Numbered from the stretch's first letter, positions 34,504 to 43,542 are shown. The stretch is DNA of 45,934 nucleotides from Betaproteobacteria bacterium (GCA_947465215.1 CANHZX010000002.1:1-45934), one strand, 5' to 3'. Translations and numbers: made by a program. Notes: generated from the sequence alone by a model not told the origin.

Positions 34504-34773
34504 TCAGCGGCGCATCCTGGAACAGGCGCTGCGCCCGTCGTTCCAGCCCATCATGTAATCGGCTTCGTCGCGAAACAGGCGGTCATCTCGACGCTGCACG
34601 CAGCCGTCCGAGTGGCCTTTTTTGTACTGTGCGGAATACCCTGCGAGATTAAAGACCGGCGGCGGATTCTGCGCGCCAGACGTGCCGCGGTTGCCGGTAG
34701 TGGTCGCACCGCAGCCAGCGAGCAGCAGCACCAGCAGGGAAGCGGCCCCGAAGCGCAGGCGCATCAACCGCAT
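34504..34773 (-). CDS. Small lipoprotein (about 89 aa)
   Basis: An internal ATG gives MRLMRLRFGAASLLVLLLAGCGATT, with a lipobox LLAGC. This ATG lies 1 nt after the upstream gene's TGA (TGAgATG). The track ORF extends further upstream and overlaps the neighbouring gene. Confidence 0.6.
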   Translation of the reverse strand: MRLMRLRFGAASLLVLLLAGCGATTTGNRGTSGAQNPPPVFNLAGYSAQYKKGHSDGCVQRRDDRLFRDEADYMMGWNDGRSACSRMRR

Positions 34774-34774
34774 C

Positions 34775-35410
34775 TCAACCGGCGACAACGAGCCGTCCGT
34801 CCCGTACGCTGATCCGCTGACCGACTCCGACTTCGGGCTGACTGGAACGGAAGGTGCGGACGGTCTGATCATCCATGCGCACGCGGATTTCATAACTGAT
34901 GGTGCGTTTCATGTTTTTCTCGATCTCGTTGCCGGCATAAGCGCCGGCACCGGCGGCGACCACGGTCATCGCCGTACGGCCATTGCCGCCACCGACCTGA
35001 TTACCCAGTATGCCACCGACAACGCCACCGGCAACTGCGCCGACTCCAGAACCCTGACCCTTGGCCTCGACCGCGTGCACCGACTCGACCACACCGCAAT
35101 CTTCGCAGCGCGCCGCTGGAGTTTTATCGTCGCCGCTGCGCTGCACCGCCGGTTTCGCGACTGCGGTTTTTTTCGGCGCCTGATGCGCCATTTCAGAATC
35201 AACAACTACCCTGCCGATTGGCGCTGCAGTCATCACCGGCTGCGATTGCGCCTGCGGCAGCAAGCCAGTCATCGCCGCAATCCCCAGCAGGCTGGCAATG
35301 ATCACGCTGATTCCTACGACCAGCAGCAACGGATACAACAGAGGCGATACCGGCCGCGCGGACAGTTGAGTGACCGGCTTACGGGTTGCGATGCTGCTGT
35401 TCATGGCCAT
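34775..35410 (-). CDS. Glycine-zipper (SlyB/17-kDa-antigen-like) domain membrane protein
   Basis: An N-terminal TM anchor (LLYPLLLVVGISVIIASLLGIAAM). The Gly-zipper GSGVGAVAGGVVGGILGNQVGGGNGRTAMTVVAAGAGAYAG is followed by a beta-rich tail (YEIRVRMDDQTVRTF). Confidence 0.8.
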   Translation of the reverse strand: MAMNSSIATRKPVTQLSARPVSPLLYPLLLVVGISVIIASLLGIAAMTGLLPQAQSQPVMTAAPIGRVVVDSEMAHQAPKKTAVAKPAVQRSGDDKTPAARCEDCGVVESVHAVEAKGQGSGVGAVAGGVVGGILGNQVGGGNGRTAMTVVAAGAGAYAGNEIEKNMKRTISYEIRVRMDDQTVRTFRSSQPEVGVGQRISVRDGRLVVAG

Positions 35411-35472
35411 CTCTCCAATGCAATAAACACGTTCGGCGACGCCCGCTAAGGGCTAAGCCTGAAGGAGTTATC

Positions 35473-35487
35473 GCAAGTAGAGTGCCA
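35473..35487 (-). promoter_or_regulatory. Sigma54 (-24/-12) promoter driving the glycine-zipper/lipoprotein pair
   Basis: The minus strand reads TGGCACtctacTTGCg, matching TGGCAC-N5-TTGC at every conserved base. The -12 element lies about 60 nt upstream of the ATG at 35410. Confidence 0.7.
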
Positions 35488-35537
35488 AAAAAATACTATT
35501 TATAAACAATTAGTTACATGGAACGTGAAATGCGGTC

Positions 35538-35555
35538 TGTCGCCGGCAAACGACG
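35538..35555. promoter_or_regulatory. Candidate enhancer-binding-protein site 1 (TGTC-N10-GACG)
   Basis: TGTCgccggcaaacGACG. The published GlrR/QseF site consensus is TGTC-N10-GACA. The site lies about 50-70 bp upstream of the -24 element. Confidence 0.45.
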
Positions 35556-35603
35556 CCGGCGTGATGACACATCCCAAGCCGCTGTTTTTAATGCCGTATT
35601 TGC

Positions 35604-35621
35604 AGTCGGCAAACAACGACG
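35604..35621. promoter_or_regulatory. Candidate enhancer-binding-protein site 2 (AGTC-N10-GACG)
   Basis: aGTCggcaaacaacGACG has the same GTC-N10-GACG architecture and the same GGCAAAC core as site 1. The two sites are 66 bp apart centre to centre. This site lies just after the activator gene stop. Confidence 0.45.
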
Positions 35622-35633
35622 CAGGGTGACCAT

Positions 35634-37013
35634 TCAGGCGCGTTGCGGTTTGAACAGCCGCGGGTCGAGCTGATGCCGCTGCAGCAATTTGTAAAACTCG
35701 GTACGGTTGCGCTTGGCCATGCGCGAAGCGTTGGTCACATTGCCCTCGGTGATTTTCAACAATTGAGCGAGGTATTCGCGTTCGAATTTGCGCCGCGCCT
35801 GCTCAAAGGAAGTGAGTTCGGTCTCCTCGTTCCGGATCGCCTGCTGCACCAGACTTGCCGGCATCAAAGGGGTTGTCGCCAGCGCCACCGACTGCTCAAT
35901 CACGTTGTAGAGCTGGCGCACATTACCTGGCCAGGCCGCGCTGACCAGTTGCTCGATCGCCTCCGGTGCGAATCCGCTGAGCACTTTTTTGTAACGTGAG
36001 GTGAGTTCATTGAGAAAATGTCCTGCGAGCAGGGGTACATCTTCACGGCGCTCGGCCAGCGACGGCAGCCGCAGCGCGACCACCTTAAGCCGGTAATACA
36101 GATCCTCGCGGAAGTTGCCCGCCGCCATTTCCTCCTCGAGATCGCGGTGCGTGGCCGAGATCACCCGAACATCCACCGGCGTGTGCTGCATGCCGCCAAC
36201 CGGCCGCACCTGCCGCTCCTGCAATACGCGCAGCAGCTTGACCTGCAGGGCAGCCGGCATGTCGCCGATTTCATCGAGCAACAGCGTGCCGCCGTCGGCC
36301 GCCATGAACAAGCCGCGGTTATCGCGTACGGCACCGGTAAACGCGCCTTTGACATGGCCGAACAGTTCGGATTCGAGCAGCGGCTCGGGAATGGCGCCGC
36401 AGTTGATCGCCACAAACGGGCGGCCGCTGCGCGGACTCGCGGCATGAATCGCACGCGCCAGCAATTCCTTGCCGGTACCGGACTCGCCCTGAATCAGGAT
36501 GGACGCGTCACCTGCGGCAACCAGCCGCGCCTTGGCCAGCACTTCCTCCATTGCCGGATTGCGGGTGATGATCGCCGAACGCCAGGACGCATCGTCATTG
36601 CCCGATTGCCCGGGTGCACCGGAGGTGGCCAACGCGCGTTCGATCTCGTCGAGCAGCGTCTTTGCATCAAAGGGTTTGGTCAGATAACCGAACACGCCGC
36701 CCTTCATCGCAGCCACCGCATCGGGAATCGTGCCATGGGCTGTAAGGATGATCACCGGCAGCGCCGGATTTTCAGCACGGATCGCCTCGAACAGCGCGAT
36801 GCCGTCCATGCCGCCCATCTGCAGATCGGTGACCACGACCTGCGGCCGCGACACTGCCAGCTGCGCCAGCGCGCGTTCACCGCTGTCCACCGCCGTCACG
36901 CCGTAGCCGGCCGCCTCGAGCCGCAGCTGCATCAGGCGCAACAACCCGGGATCGTCATCCACCACCAGTATCCGTGCACTACCCTGCGTTTTGCCATTGA
37001 TCATCGTATTCAC
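35634..37013 (-). CDS. Sigma54-dependent response regulator (REC-AAA+-HTH), QseF/GlrR-like
   Basis: REC ([11 protein letters not shown]...[12 protein letters not shown]), Walker A GESGTGKE, the GAFTGA motif, Walker [10 protein letters not shown], and a C-terminal Fis-type HTH. Confidence 0.9.
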   Translation of the reverse strand: MNTMINGKTQGSARILVVDDDPGLLRLMQLRLEAAGYGVTAVDSGERALAQLAVSRPQVVVTDLQMGGMDGIALFEAIRAENPALPVIILTAHGTIPDAVAAMKGGVFGYLTKPFDAKTLLDEIERALATSGAPGQSGNDDASWRSAIITRNPAMEEVLAKARLVAAGDASILIQGESGTGKELLARAIHAASPRSGRPFVAINCGAIPEPLLESELFGHVKGAFTGAVRDNRGLFMAADGGTLLLDEIGDMPAALQVKLLRVLQERQVRPVGGMQHTPVDVRVISATHRDLEEEMAAGNFREDLYYRLKVVALRLPSLAERREDVPLLAGHFLNELTSRYKKVLSGFAPEAIEQLVSAAWPGNVRQLYNVIEQSVALATTPLMPASLVQQAIRNEETELTSFEQARRKFEREYLAQLLKITEGNVTNASRMAKRNRTEFYKLLQRHQLDPRLFKPQRA

Positions 37014-37525
37014 CGTTTCCGTTGGACGCCGCTTTCACGCCCGGTCATGCTCCGCTCGAGTTCGAGCATCGCGTCCAGTTTCTGCTGTAATGTCTGCGCC
37101 TGACTATCCAGCCGGCGCTGTTCCTGCAGCAATCCCGTCATCAATAACGCCAAGGCCTGCAGCGGACTCGCCGCATTGCGTGTCAGTGGCTCCAGCGTTT
37201 CCAGCGCACGGATGTCATCGGCCGCCGGGGCACCGGGAACCGTCAGCGCCAGCGCATAACGCATGCGGTTGCCATCGGAGCGTGAGCGCATCAGCGCTCG
37301 ACGCGCAGCTTCCTGTTCACGCTGCAGGTCTACGCCACCGAGCCTGCGAACCTTCGCGTAGTAGGTGAGTGCGGCGCCGGGATCACCCGTGTCGACCCGC
37401 TGATCGCTGCGCAGGTCAGCAACGGCAGCCGGTTCTTCTGCAGCCTCGTTGCCGCGAAACACGCCGCAAGCGGACAGCATTAAAACCAGCAATCCTGTAC
37501 TCAGCCCTTTCAAGAACAGGCTCAT
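37010..37525 (-). CDS. Lipoprotein encoded between the kinase and regulator genes (QseG/YfhG-like position)
   Basis: Lipobox LMLSAC at the N-terminus and a helical, Gln/Leu/Arg-rich body. Four-nt ATGA overlaps occur at both ends, with the kinase stop at 37522 and the regulator start at 37013. Confidence 0.6.
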   Translation of the reverse strand: MSLFLKGLSTGLLVLMLSACGVFRGNEAAEEPAAVADLRSDQRVDTGDPGAALTYYAKVRRLGGVDLQREQEAARRALMRSRSDGNRMRYALALTVPGAPAADDIRALETLEPLTRNAASPLQALALLMTGLLQEQRRLDSQAQTLQQKLDAMLELERSMTGRESGVQRKR

Positions 37526-38967
37526 ACCGTATCCCCCTGCTGCAGCGGCAGCGTCACCCGCAGCCGTGCACCATTGCGCGACGGGTCATCCACCACCTCC
37601 ACCGTACCGCTGTGGGCCTGCGCATAATCGCGCACGATCGACAGGCCGATGCCTGACCCCGGCAGTCGCCCGCCCGAGGTATTGCGCCCGCGGTAGAACG
37701 GGTCGAAGACGCGTTCGCGTTCAGCGGGCGGAATGCCCGGTCCGTCGTCTGCGACTTCAAGCACCATCTGACCGTTCAGTGCATGGCACTCAATCACCAG
37801 CGCACTACCCTCCGGTGCGAACTTGGCTGCATTCGACACCAGGTTATCGAGCATGATCCGAACTTTTTCAAAATCCGCCTCCAGCACCACCTCGTCGATG
37901 TGCGGTGCGATGCGCAGTGCCCGTGCCCGCAAGGCCAGATTCTGATCATCAATAACACGCGCCACCACACGGCGCATTTCCACTTTGGCATAACGCACTT
38001 CGCGGCGATTGAATTCTGCTGCGCCGTACGACAGCAGGTCTTCAATCAGTCGCTGTAGCTCGATGCTGTTGGCGCGCAGAATTCCTGCAACCTCGTGCTG
38101 CTGCGGCGTCAGTTTTCCCAGCGCTTCCTCAGCAAGCAGTTCCGATCCCTCGCGCAGCGCGGTCAGTGGGGTTTTCAGTTCGTGGGACACCTGGCGCAGG
38201 AAGCGGTTCTTCTGCTGCTCCAGTTCCGTCAGGCGGTGGCGCAACCATTCGATGCGCCGGCCGAGCAGTTGCAGATCGCGCGGGCCGCTGACGCCGACAG
38301 GCGCGGAAAAATCACCGCCGCCCATGCGTCGCAGCGCGGCATCAATCTGGCGAATCGGCCGCGCGATCAGTACGGTAAATCCCGCCGCTAGCAGAAATGC
38401 CACCGGCACCAGCGCCAGCATCTGCCAGAAGGTGATGCGCTGCGCACGCCCGGCCATATGCCGCATCGCCTCGATTTCGCGGTCGATAACCCGGTCGCCA
38501 TGGGCAATGATTTCGACGGCGTGAGTATTCAGCCTGGCGTAGGCGCCTGCAGCACGTGCGACATCCGCAGTCGCCGCTGCCGGGTTACCCAGCACCGCGT
38601 AACTCTCCGCCTCGCCGCCGACGATCGCGGTCAAGGCCACCCTTTGCTCCTCATCGAGCGGCAATGCGCCGAACTCGGCAGCGGCCTGAAGAAAGGAATC
38701 GCGATTGGCCTCATAGGCCTTCAGTGGCGTGCGGTTGCCGAGAATCACCACCTGGCGCGCGTTGCGCTCCAGCGCAGCCAGCAGTTCGGCCAGACGCCGG
38801 CTCGACTGTGTTGACTGCACGGCCTGGTGGACGGCATGCTGGCTGCGGTTGGCAAACTGGTCGATCGAAATAGCGTTGTTGATCAGCGCGATGATCAGCG
38901 GTAACGCCACCATCGCAAAGCCGATGACAAGCAGCTTGGGGAATGAGTCAGGCTGCAGCAGACGCAT
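37522..38967 (-). CDS. Sensor histidine kinase (2 TM, periplasmic domain, HAMP, HisKA, HATPase), QseE/GlrK-like
   Basis: H-box SHELKTPLTAL, N-box DNLVSNAAKFAP, G1 VADDGPGIP and G2 GSGIGLSIV. Two TM segments flank a domain of about 150 aa. Confidence 0.88.
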   Translation of the reverse strand: MRLLQPDSFPKLLVIGFAMVALPLIIALINNAISIDQFANRSQHAVHQAVQSTQSSRRLAELLAALERNARQVVILGNRTPLKAYEANRDSFLQAAAEFGALPLDEEQRVALTAIVGGEAESYAVLGNPAAATADVARAAGAYARLNTHAVEIIAHGDRVIDREIEAMRHMAGRAQRITFWQMLALVPVAFLLAAGFTVLIARPIRQIDAALRRMGGGDFSAPVGVSGPRDLQLLGRRIEWLRHRLTELEQQKNRFLRQVSHELKTPLTALREGSELLAEEALGKLTPQQHEVAGILRANSIELQRLIEDLLSYGAAEFNRREVRYAKVEMRRVVARVIDDQNLALRARALRIAPHIDEVVLEADFEKVRIMLDNLVSNAAKFAPEGSALVIECHALNGQMVLEVADDGPGIPPAERERVFDPFYRGRNTSGGRLPGSGIGLSIVRDYAQAHSGTVEVVDDPSRNGARLRVTLPLQQGDTV

Positions 38968-39038
38968 GATTTATTGTTGTTTCAATCCGGTCGCGACGCG
39001 GCGAATACTGCCGGCGGCGCGCAATGCTGCGGGCACTG

Positions 39039-39647
39039 TCAGGCGCCCGACTTGTTCTTTTCTTCCAGCACCTTGATCAGGCCGTCAATGCCGGAGCGCG
39101 TGATCTCGCTGTTGAACGTACCGCGGTAATTGATCACCAAGCTGGCATTTTCAGCAACGATGTCGGTCACTTTCCATGCCTTGTCGACCAGTGCCATGCG
39201 GTAATCGATGGCCAGCGGCGGACGCCCGGATTCTTTGACCACGGTACGCACCGTCGCGTAATCCTCACCGGGTTTCATCTGCAGCGGCTTGACTTCGACC
39301 TTGCGCTCGACACCGGCGGTTTCAGCCAGTGCGGTGGTATAGGTGCGGACCAGCAGCGTGCGGAAAGCATTTTCCAGCGCCTTCTGTTGCGCCGGCGTTG
39401 CGTCCCGCCAGGCTTTTCCCATCGCCAGCTGGGTCATCGCACGAAAATCAAAATGCGGGAGCACTTTCTTTTCGACAATATCCTGCAGCCCGCGGCGGTC
39501 CTTGTTCTGCTTGAGTACGCCAAGTACGTCCTCGACCGTCGTGCGGACCAGCACATCCGGCGCAGTCGGGACCGCAGTCTGTGCATGTGCGAGCGGCGCA
39601 AACAGCGAAACCGCCGCCATCAACAGCGTGGTAATCAGTTTTTTCAT
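39039..39647 (-). CDS. MlaC/Ttg2D-family phospholipid-binding periplasmic protein (orphan, with no mlaFEDB nearby)
   Basis: Signal peptide MKKLITTLLMAAVSLFAPLAHA, then FDFRAMTQLAMGKAW...WKVTDIVAENASLVINYRGTF, the typical MlaC pattern. A GGGGAGA Shine-Dalgarno sequence precedes the ATG at 39647. Confidence 0.8.
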   Translation of the reverse strand: MKKLITTLLMAAVSLFAPLAHAQTAVPTAPDVLVRTTVEDVLGVLKQNKDRRGLQDIVEKKVLPHFDFRAMTQLAMGKAWRDATPAQQKALENAFRTLLVRTYTTALAETAGVERKVEVKPLQMKPGEDYATVRTVVKESGRPPLAIDYRMALVDKAWKVTDIVAENASLVINYRGTFNSEITRSGIDGLIKVLEEKNKSGA

Positions 39648-39816
39648 GATGAGTCTCCCCCTGCCCGTTAACGATACGCGGATTAGGCAGGCGCACACCA
39701 TGAATTGTTCCACAAGCGGGAAAAAAGACTTGCCCGGAAGGTGCGGAATATCACGTTACAGCCTGTCCAGAACCGGCCGCAGCGTTAAAGTGTCGCCGTC
39801 AGGCAACAAATCGCGC

Positions 39817-40884
39817 TTAACGAGCTAGTTTGGTGATCTTCAGGTCAGCGGCCAGCTGATCAAGCGCTGCGAGCAGCGCCTGCGGCATCGGAACGCCGTT
39901 CTTCTCGCGATCAGCACGTGCAGTGTGCGTACCTTCGCCAGGAAGGCGGATGCGGTCGACATTAGGCAGGCGCTGTGAATTGCGGATATCACGGATCAGC
40001 GTATCCATGCCCTGCTTGAATTCCTTCAGGTCCTGGAAGGCTTCAACATTGATCGCCACAATCGTGTGACCGGTGTTGGTTTCGGTGGTGTCGTCGTTGT
40101 TGAAATCAACAACATCCTTGCCCATCGAAGCGGCATTGAGATTGCCGGCGAGCAAGCCCATGACCAGCGCGAGACCATAACCCTTGTAGCCGCCGATCGG
40201 CAGCAGGAACCCTTCATTGGCGCGTTTCGGATCAGTCAGCGGATTGCCCTGACGATCCATCATCCACCCTTCAGGCATCATTTCGCCGCGCTGTGCCTTG
40301 GTTTTGACCTTGCCGTAGGCCGCCACGGTAGTCGCCATGTCGAGAATGATCGCCGGCTCTTCACCGGCCGGCACCGCTACCGCAATCGGGTTCGTCGACA
40401 GCAGCATGTCGAGACCGCCCCAAGGCGGCAGATGGTTGGCGCTGCCCACGGCCATGTAAAGACCGATCATGTTATGCGCCAGAGGCATGCTCGCATACAG
40501 CGAAGCCGGCCCGGCGTGATTGCTCCAGCGCGCACCGACCCAGGCCACGCCCGCAGTCTTCGCTTTTTCAATGGCTTTTTCAGTGGCGAATTTCATCACC
40601 AGATGGCCCATGCCGTTGTCGCCATGCACCAGCGCCATGCCGGCCATTTCGCGCTCGACGCGGATGTTCGGCTTCACATTGACTGCACCGCCCTTGATGC
40701 GGCGGATGTACTGCGGCAGACGGAAAATGCCGTGGCCCTCTGAGCCATTGATGTCGGCCTGCGCCATCAATTGCGCAATGGCTTTGGCATCGTCGCGCGG
40801 AATTGCAACTGCTTCGAAGGAGGCCGCGATGAAGGCGCGCAGTTTGTCGCCGGAAATCCGCTGTTGCTGTTTCTGTTCAGCCAC
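39817..40884 (-). CDS. Ldh_2-family (malate/L-lactate/sulfolactate dehydrogenase type 2) oxidoreductase
   Basis: The motif GSEGHGIFRLPQYIRRIKGG and the overall 355-aa pattern are typical of the Ldh_2 family. Confidence 0.85.
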   Translation of the reverse strand: MAEQKQQQRISGDKLRAFIAASFEAVAIPRDDAKAIAQLMAQADINGSEGHGIFRLPQYIRRIKGGAVNVKPNIRVEREMAGMALVHGDNGMGHLVMKFATEKAIEKAKTAGVAWVGARWSNHAGPASLYASMPLAHNMIGLYMAVGSANHLPPWGGLDMLLSTNPIAVAVPAGEEPAIILDMATTVAAYGKVKTKAQRGEMMPEGWMMDRQGNPLTDPKRANEGFLLPIGGYKGYGLALVMGLLAGNLNAASMGKDVVDFNNDDTTETNTGHTIVAINVEAFQDLKEFKQGMDTLIRDIRNSQRLPNVDRIRLPGEGTHTARADREKNGVPMPQALLAALDQLAADLKITKLAR

Positions 40885-41293
40885 TGTGCTCCTCCAGTTC
40901 GATCAATGCCCCGAGAAAATCCTTCGGGTGCACAAAGGCGATACGTTCGCCATGGACATTGAGTTGCACCTTACCGGCGCCGAGCACCTGCACGCCGGCG
41001 GCAGTCAGGGTATTCGTGGCCTGCTCGACGCTATCGACACCGAGGCAGAAATGATGAATGCCCCCCTTCGGATTGCGCTCGAGAAACTTGGCAATCGGTG
41101 AATCCGGACGCGACGGTTCCATCAGTTCGATCTTGGCATTGCCGAGATCGATATAGGTCATGCGCACACCCTGCTCGTCATTGACCTTGATCTCGCTGGC
41201 CGTCAGTCCATAGGTCGCACGCATTTTTTCCAGTGCGGCTGTCAGGTCGGGCACCACTATGGAAACATGACTGAGTCCGGTGATCATATGCAA
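40877..41293 (-). CDS. VOC-superfamily protein, methylmalonyl-CoA epimerase-like
   Basis: SHVSIVVPDL...IELMEP...PIAKFLERNPKGGIHHFCLGVD...VHPKDFLGALIELEE matches the MCE pattern. Confidence 0.8.
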   Translation of the reverse strand: MHMITGLSHVSIVVPDLTAALEKMRATYGLTASEIKVNDEQGVRMTYIDLGNAKIELMEPSRPDSPIAKFLERNPKGGIHHFCLGVDSVEQATNTLTAAGVQVLGAGKVQLNVHGERIAFVHPKDFLGALIELEEHSG

Positions 41294-41302
41294 GTATTTG
41301 TT

Positions 41303-42505
41303 TTAAATCACTTTTTCTGCACGCAATTCGGCGATGCGAGTATCGCTGAATCCCAACTCTTCGCGCAGCACCGCCTCGGTGTGCTGGCCCAGCAGGGGCG
41401 GCGCGCGACGGATGCTCGCCGGCGTGTCGCTGAAACGGAAGGGGATGCCGAGCATTTTGACGGTACCGGCGGTCGGATGTTCGACCGTGGTCACCATCTC
41501 GCGCGCAATCGCGTGCGGTGCCGCGAGTGCCTGGGCGACGTTGTTGATACGGCCACAGGGAATACCCGCCGCCATCAATTGCTCGATCCAGGCTTCAGCA
41601 CTTTCGCGCTGCAGTTCGGTCTTGATCAAGGCATCCAGTGCATCGCGGTTCATCACGCGATCAGGATTCCTGGTGAAGCGTGCATCGCTAACCCATTCGG
41701 CATGACCAAGGACAGCAGAAAACTTCGCGAACTGGCCGTCATTGCCCACGGCTACGGCAATCATGTCGTCGCGCGTCGGATAAGCGGTATAGGGAACGAT
41801 GTTCGGATGACCGTTGCCGAAACGGCCGGCATTTTTACCGGAGACCAGATGATTGGCCGCGACATTGGCGAGCATCGCCAGACCGGAATCAAACAGCGAC
41901 ACCTCGACATGCTGGCCGCGCCCCGTGCTGTGGCGCGCATTGAGCGCCGCGAGTACGGAGTTGCAGGCGAGCATGCCGGTGCAGATGTCGACAATGGCCA
42001 CACCGTATTTCATCGGCGTGCCGTCGGGCTCACCGGTGATGCCCATCAGGCCCGATTCGGCCTGCAGGATGAAATCGTAACCGGGCAATCCGGCTTTGGG
42101 TCCGACTGAACCGTAACCGGTGATCGAACAACGCACGACGCGCGGCGCATTGGCCTTGAGCCATTCATTGTCAAAGCCCCATTTCTCCAGCGTTCCGACC
42201 TTGAAATTCTCGACCAGCACGTCAGCCTTGCGGATCAGCCCGGCAAGCACTTCCTGACCGGACTTCACCGCCATGTTCAGCGTGATCGACCGCTTGTTGC
42301 GGTTGACGCCGAGGTAGTACGCCGATTCACCGGCGGCAAACGGCGGCCCCCAGCTGCGCGTGTCGTCGCCCGAGCCGGGCGGTTCAACCTTGATCACATC
42401 GGCGCCCATGTCGCCGAGCATCATCGTGCACAGCGGACCGGCCAGAATGCGCGTCAGGTCAAGCACGCGCACGCCGGCCAGCGCGCCCTGTGGAGTCTCC
42501 GCCAT
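41303..42505 (-). CDS. Family III (CaiB/BaiF) CoA-transferase
   Basis: GVRVLDLTRILAGPLCTMMLGDMGADVIKVEPP plus a GYDF(I)LQA motif; 400 aa. Confidence 0.92.
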   Translation of the reverse strand: MAETPQGALAGVRVLDLTRILAGPLCTMMLGDMGADVIKVEPPGSGDDTRSWGPPFAAGESAYYLGVNRNKRSITLNMAVKSGQEVLAGLIRKADVLVENFKVGTLEKWGFDNEWLKANAPRVVRCSITGYGSVGPKAGLPGYDFILQAESGLMGITGEPDGTPMKYGVAIVDICTGMLACNSVLAALNARHSTGRGQHVEVSLFDSGLAMLANVAANHLVSGKNAGRFGNGHPNIVPYTAYPTRDDMIAVAVGNDGQFAKFSAVLGHAEWVSDARFTRNPDRVMNRDALDALIKTELQRESAEAWIEQLMAAGIPCGRINNVAQALAAPHAIAREMVTTVEHPTAGTVKMLGIPFRFSDTPASIRRAPPLLGQHTEAVLREELGFSDTRIAELRAEKVI

Positions 42506-42526
42506 TGAGGTTCCGGTGATGTTGCG

Positions 42527-43426
42527 TTAGCGCTTCTTGCGGCGCATCGAAGGCGGCGCGTTGAGATCACGCTCGAAACCATCGACGTAATTCTCGAGCT
42601 CCTTCTTCGCCTGCATGCGGAATTTCTGGAAGTTCGGCTTGCGGCCGGCGAGGAAAGCGTCCATGCCTTCATTCGCCTCGGGCGAGCCCCAGACATGCGC
42701 CAGCAGTTCCATGCCCTGCTGCCAGGACGAATACAGGTTATCGGATTCGAAGTTCAGCGACTTCTTGGTCATGCGGATGGTCAGCGCGCTGTGGCCCTTC
42801 ATGGTTTCACACCACTTCAGCGTTTCCTTCAGCAGATCCTTCTGCGGCACGCATTTGTTGATCAGGCCGACTTCAACGGCCTCTTTCGCCGGGAAACGGC
42901 GGGCGCAGAAAATCATTTCGCGCGCCAGACGTTCGCCGATGATGCGCGGGATGTACTGGGTAGCGCCGACAGTCGGGCAGGCGCCGACTTTCGCACCGGT
43001 CTGGCCGAGCACGGCATTTTCCGAGGCAATCACCAGGTCGCACCACAGCGCCAGTTCGTGTCCACCGCCCATGCACCAGCCGTTGACCATCGCGATCACC
43101 GGGATCGGCAGACCACGGATGGTCATCGCCAGACCGAGCATGCGGTCATTCCACATATAGGCGTTAGTGAAGTTGAGGCGTTTCATCGCATAAAAATCAC
43201 CGCCGGCGGAAAAGGACTTGTTGCCCTTGCCCGTAATTACGGCGCAGACGATGGACGGATCTTCGCGGGTGTATTTCAGCGCGTCGATCATTTCGTCGAG
43301 GGTCTGCTCGCGGAAGGCATTCAGCACTTTCTCGCGATTGATGGTGATCCAGGCCACCTGATCCTTCACTTCAAACAGAATGTCGGTGTACTTCCGCTTT
43401 GCGGACTTTTTCAGCTTTGCAGCCAT
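42527..43426 (-). CDS. Crotonase-superfamily enzyme of the MenB/BadI subgroup (candidate acyl-CoA C-C hydrolase), with a basic C-terminal tail
   Basis: VAWITINREKVLNAFREQTLDEMIDAL, GWCMGGGHELALWCDL and GQTGAKVG resemble MenB/BadI. There is an extra C-terminal ~35 aa ending in RRKKR. Confidence 0.85.
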   Translation of the reverse strand: MAAKLKKSAKRKYTDILFEVKDQVAWITINREKVLNAFREQTLDEMIDALKYTREDPSIVCAVITGKGNKSFSAGGDFYAMKRLNFTNAYMWNDRMLGLAMTIRGLPIPVIAMVNGWCMGGGHELALWCDLVIASENAVLGQTGAKVGACPTVGATQYIPRIIGERLAREMIFCARRFPAKEAVEVGLINKCVPQKDLLKETLKWCETMKGHSALTIRMTKKSLNFESDNLYSSWQQGMELLAHVWGSPEANEGMDAFLAGRKPNFQKFRMQAKKELENYVDGFERDLNAPPSMRRKKR

Positions 43427-43488
43427 GGTTTGCCCTCGTTTAATGATGATGCGAAAGCCTGTGATTTTAACAGATGCCGCAGGGAAGA

Positions 43489-43517
43489 TTGACAGGGCCG
43501 TGACGGCTAACTAATGT
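43489..43517 (+). promoter_or_regulatory. Candidate sigma70 promoter for the Bug/hydrolase operon
   Basis: A perfect -35 TTGACA (43489-43494), a 17-bp spacer, and -10 TAATGT (43512-43517). Confidence 0.35.
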
Positions 43518-43527
43518 GCGGCAACAA

Positions 43528-43542
43528 GCATGCACAGTGCCC
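43528..43542 (-). promoter_or_regulatory. Weak candidate sigma54 promoter for the crotonase operon
   Basis: The minus strand reads GGGCACtgtgcATGC. The GG-N10-GC spacing is correct, but there is one mismatch in each element. No activator gene is adjacent. Confidence 0.3.

Noticed and set aside
34401-34652. 83-aa plus-strand ORF in and beyond the 192-bp convergent gap after the GGDEF-EAL gene.
   Set aside because: Its composition is Arg/Pro/Ala-rich with no motifs and no Shine-Dalgarno sequence. Its 3' half overlaps the lipoprotein gene on the opposite strand. I also saw no convincing terminator or structured RNA in the gap.
35542-35560. GCCGGC-N7-GCCGGC hairpin as the terminator of the regulator gene.
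   Set aside because: The stem is only 6 bp and no T-tract follows on the minus strand. It coincides with the proposed TGTC-N10-GACG site, so it is more economically read as part of that operator.
35411-35633. GlmY/GlmZ-like small RNA downstream of the GlrR-like activator.
   Set aside because: The sigma54 promoter is followed within about 60 nt by a Shine-Dalgarno-like GGAGAG and the ATG of a 211-aa ORF with clear glycine-zipper features. No terminator hairpin lies between the promoter and the ORF.
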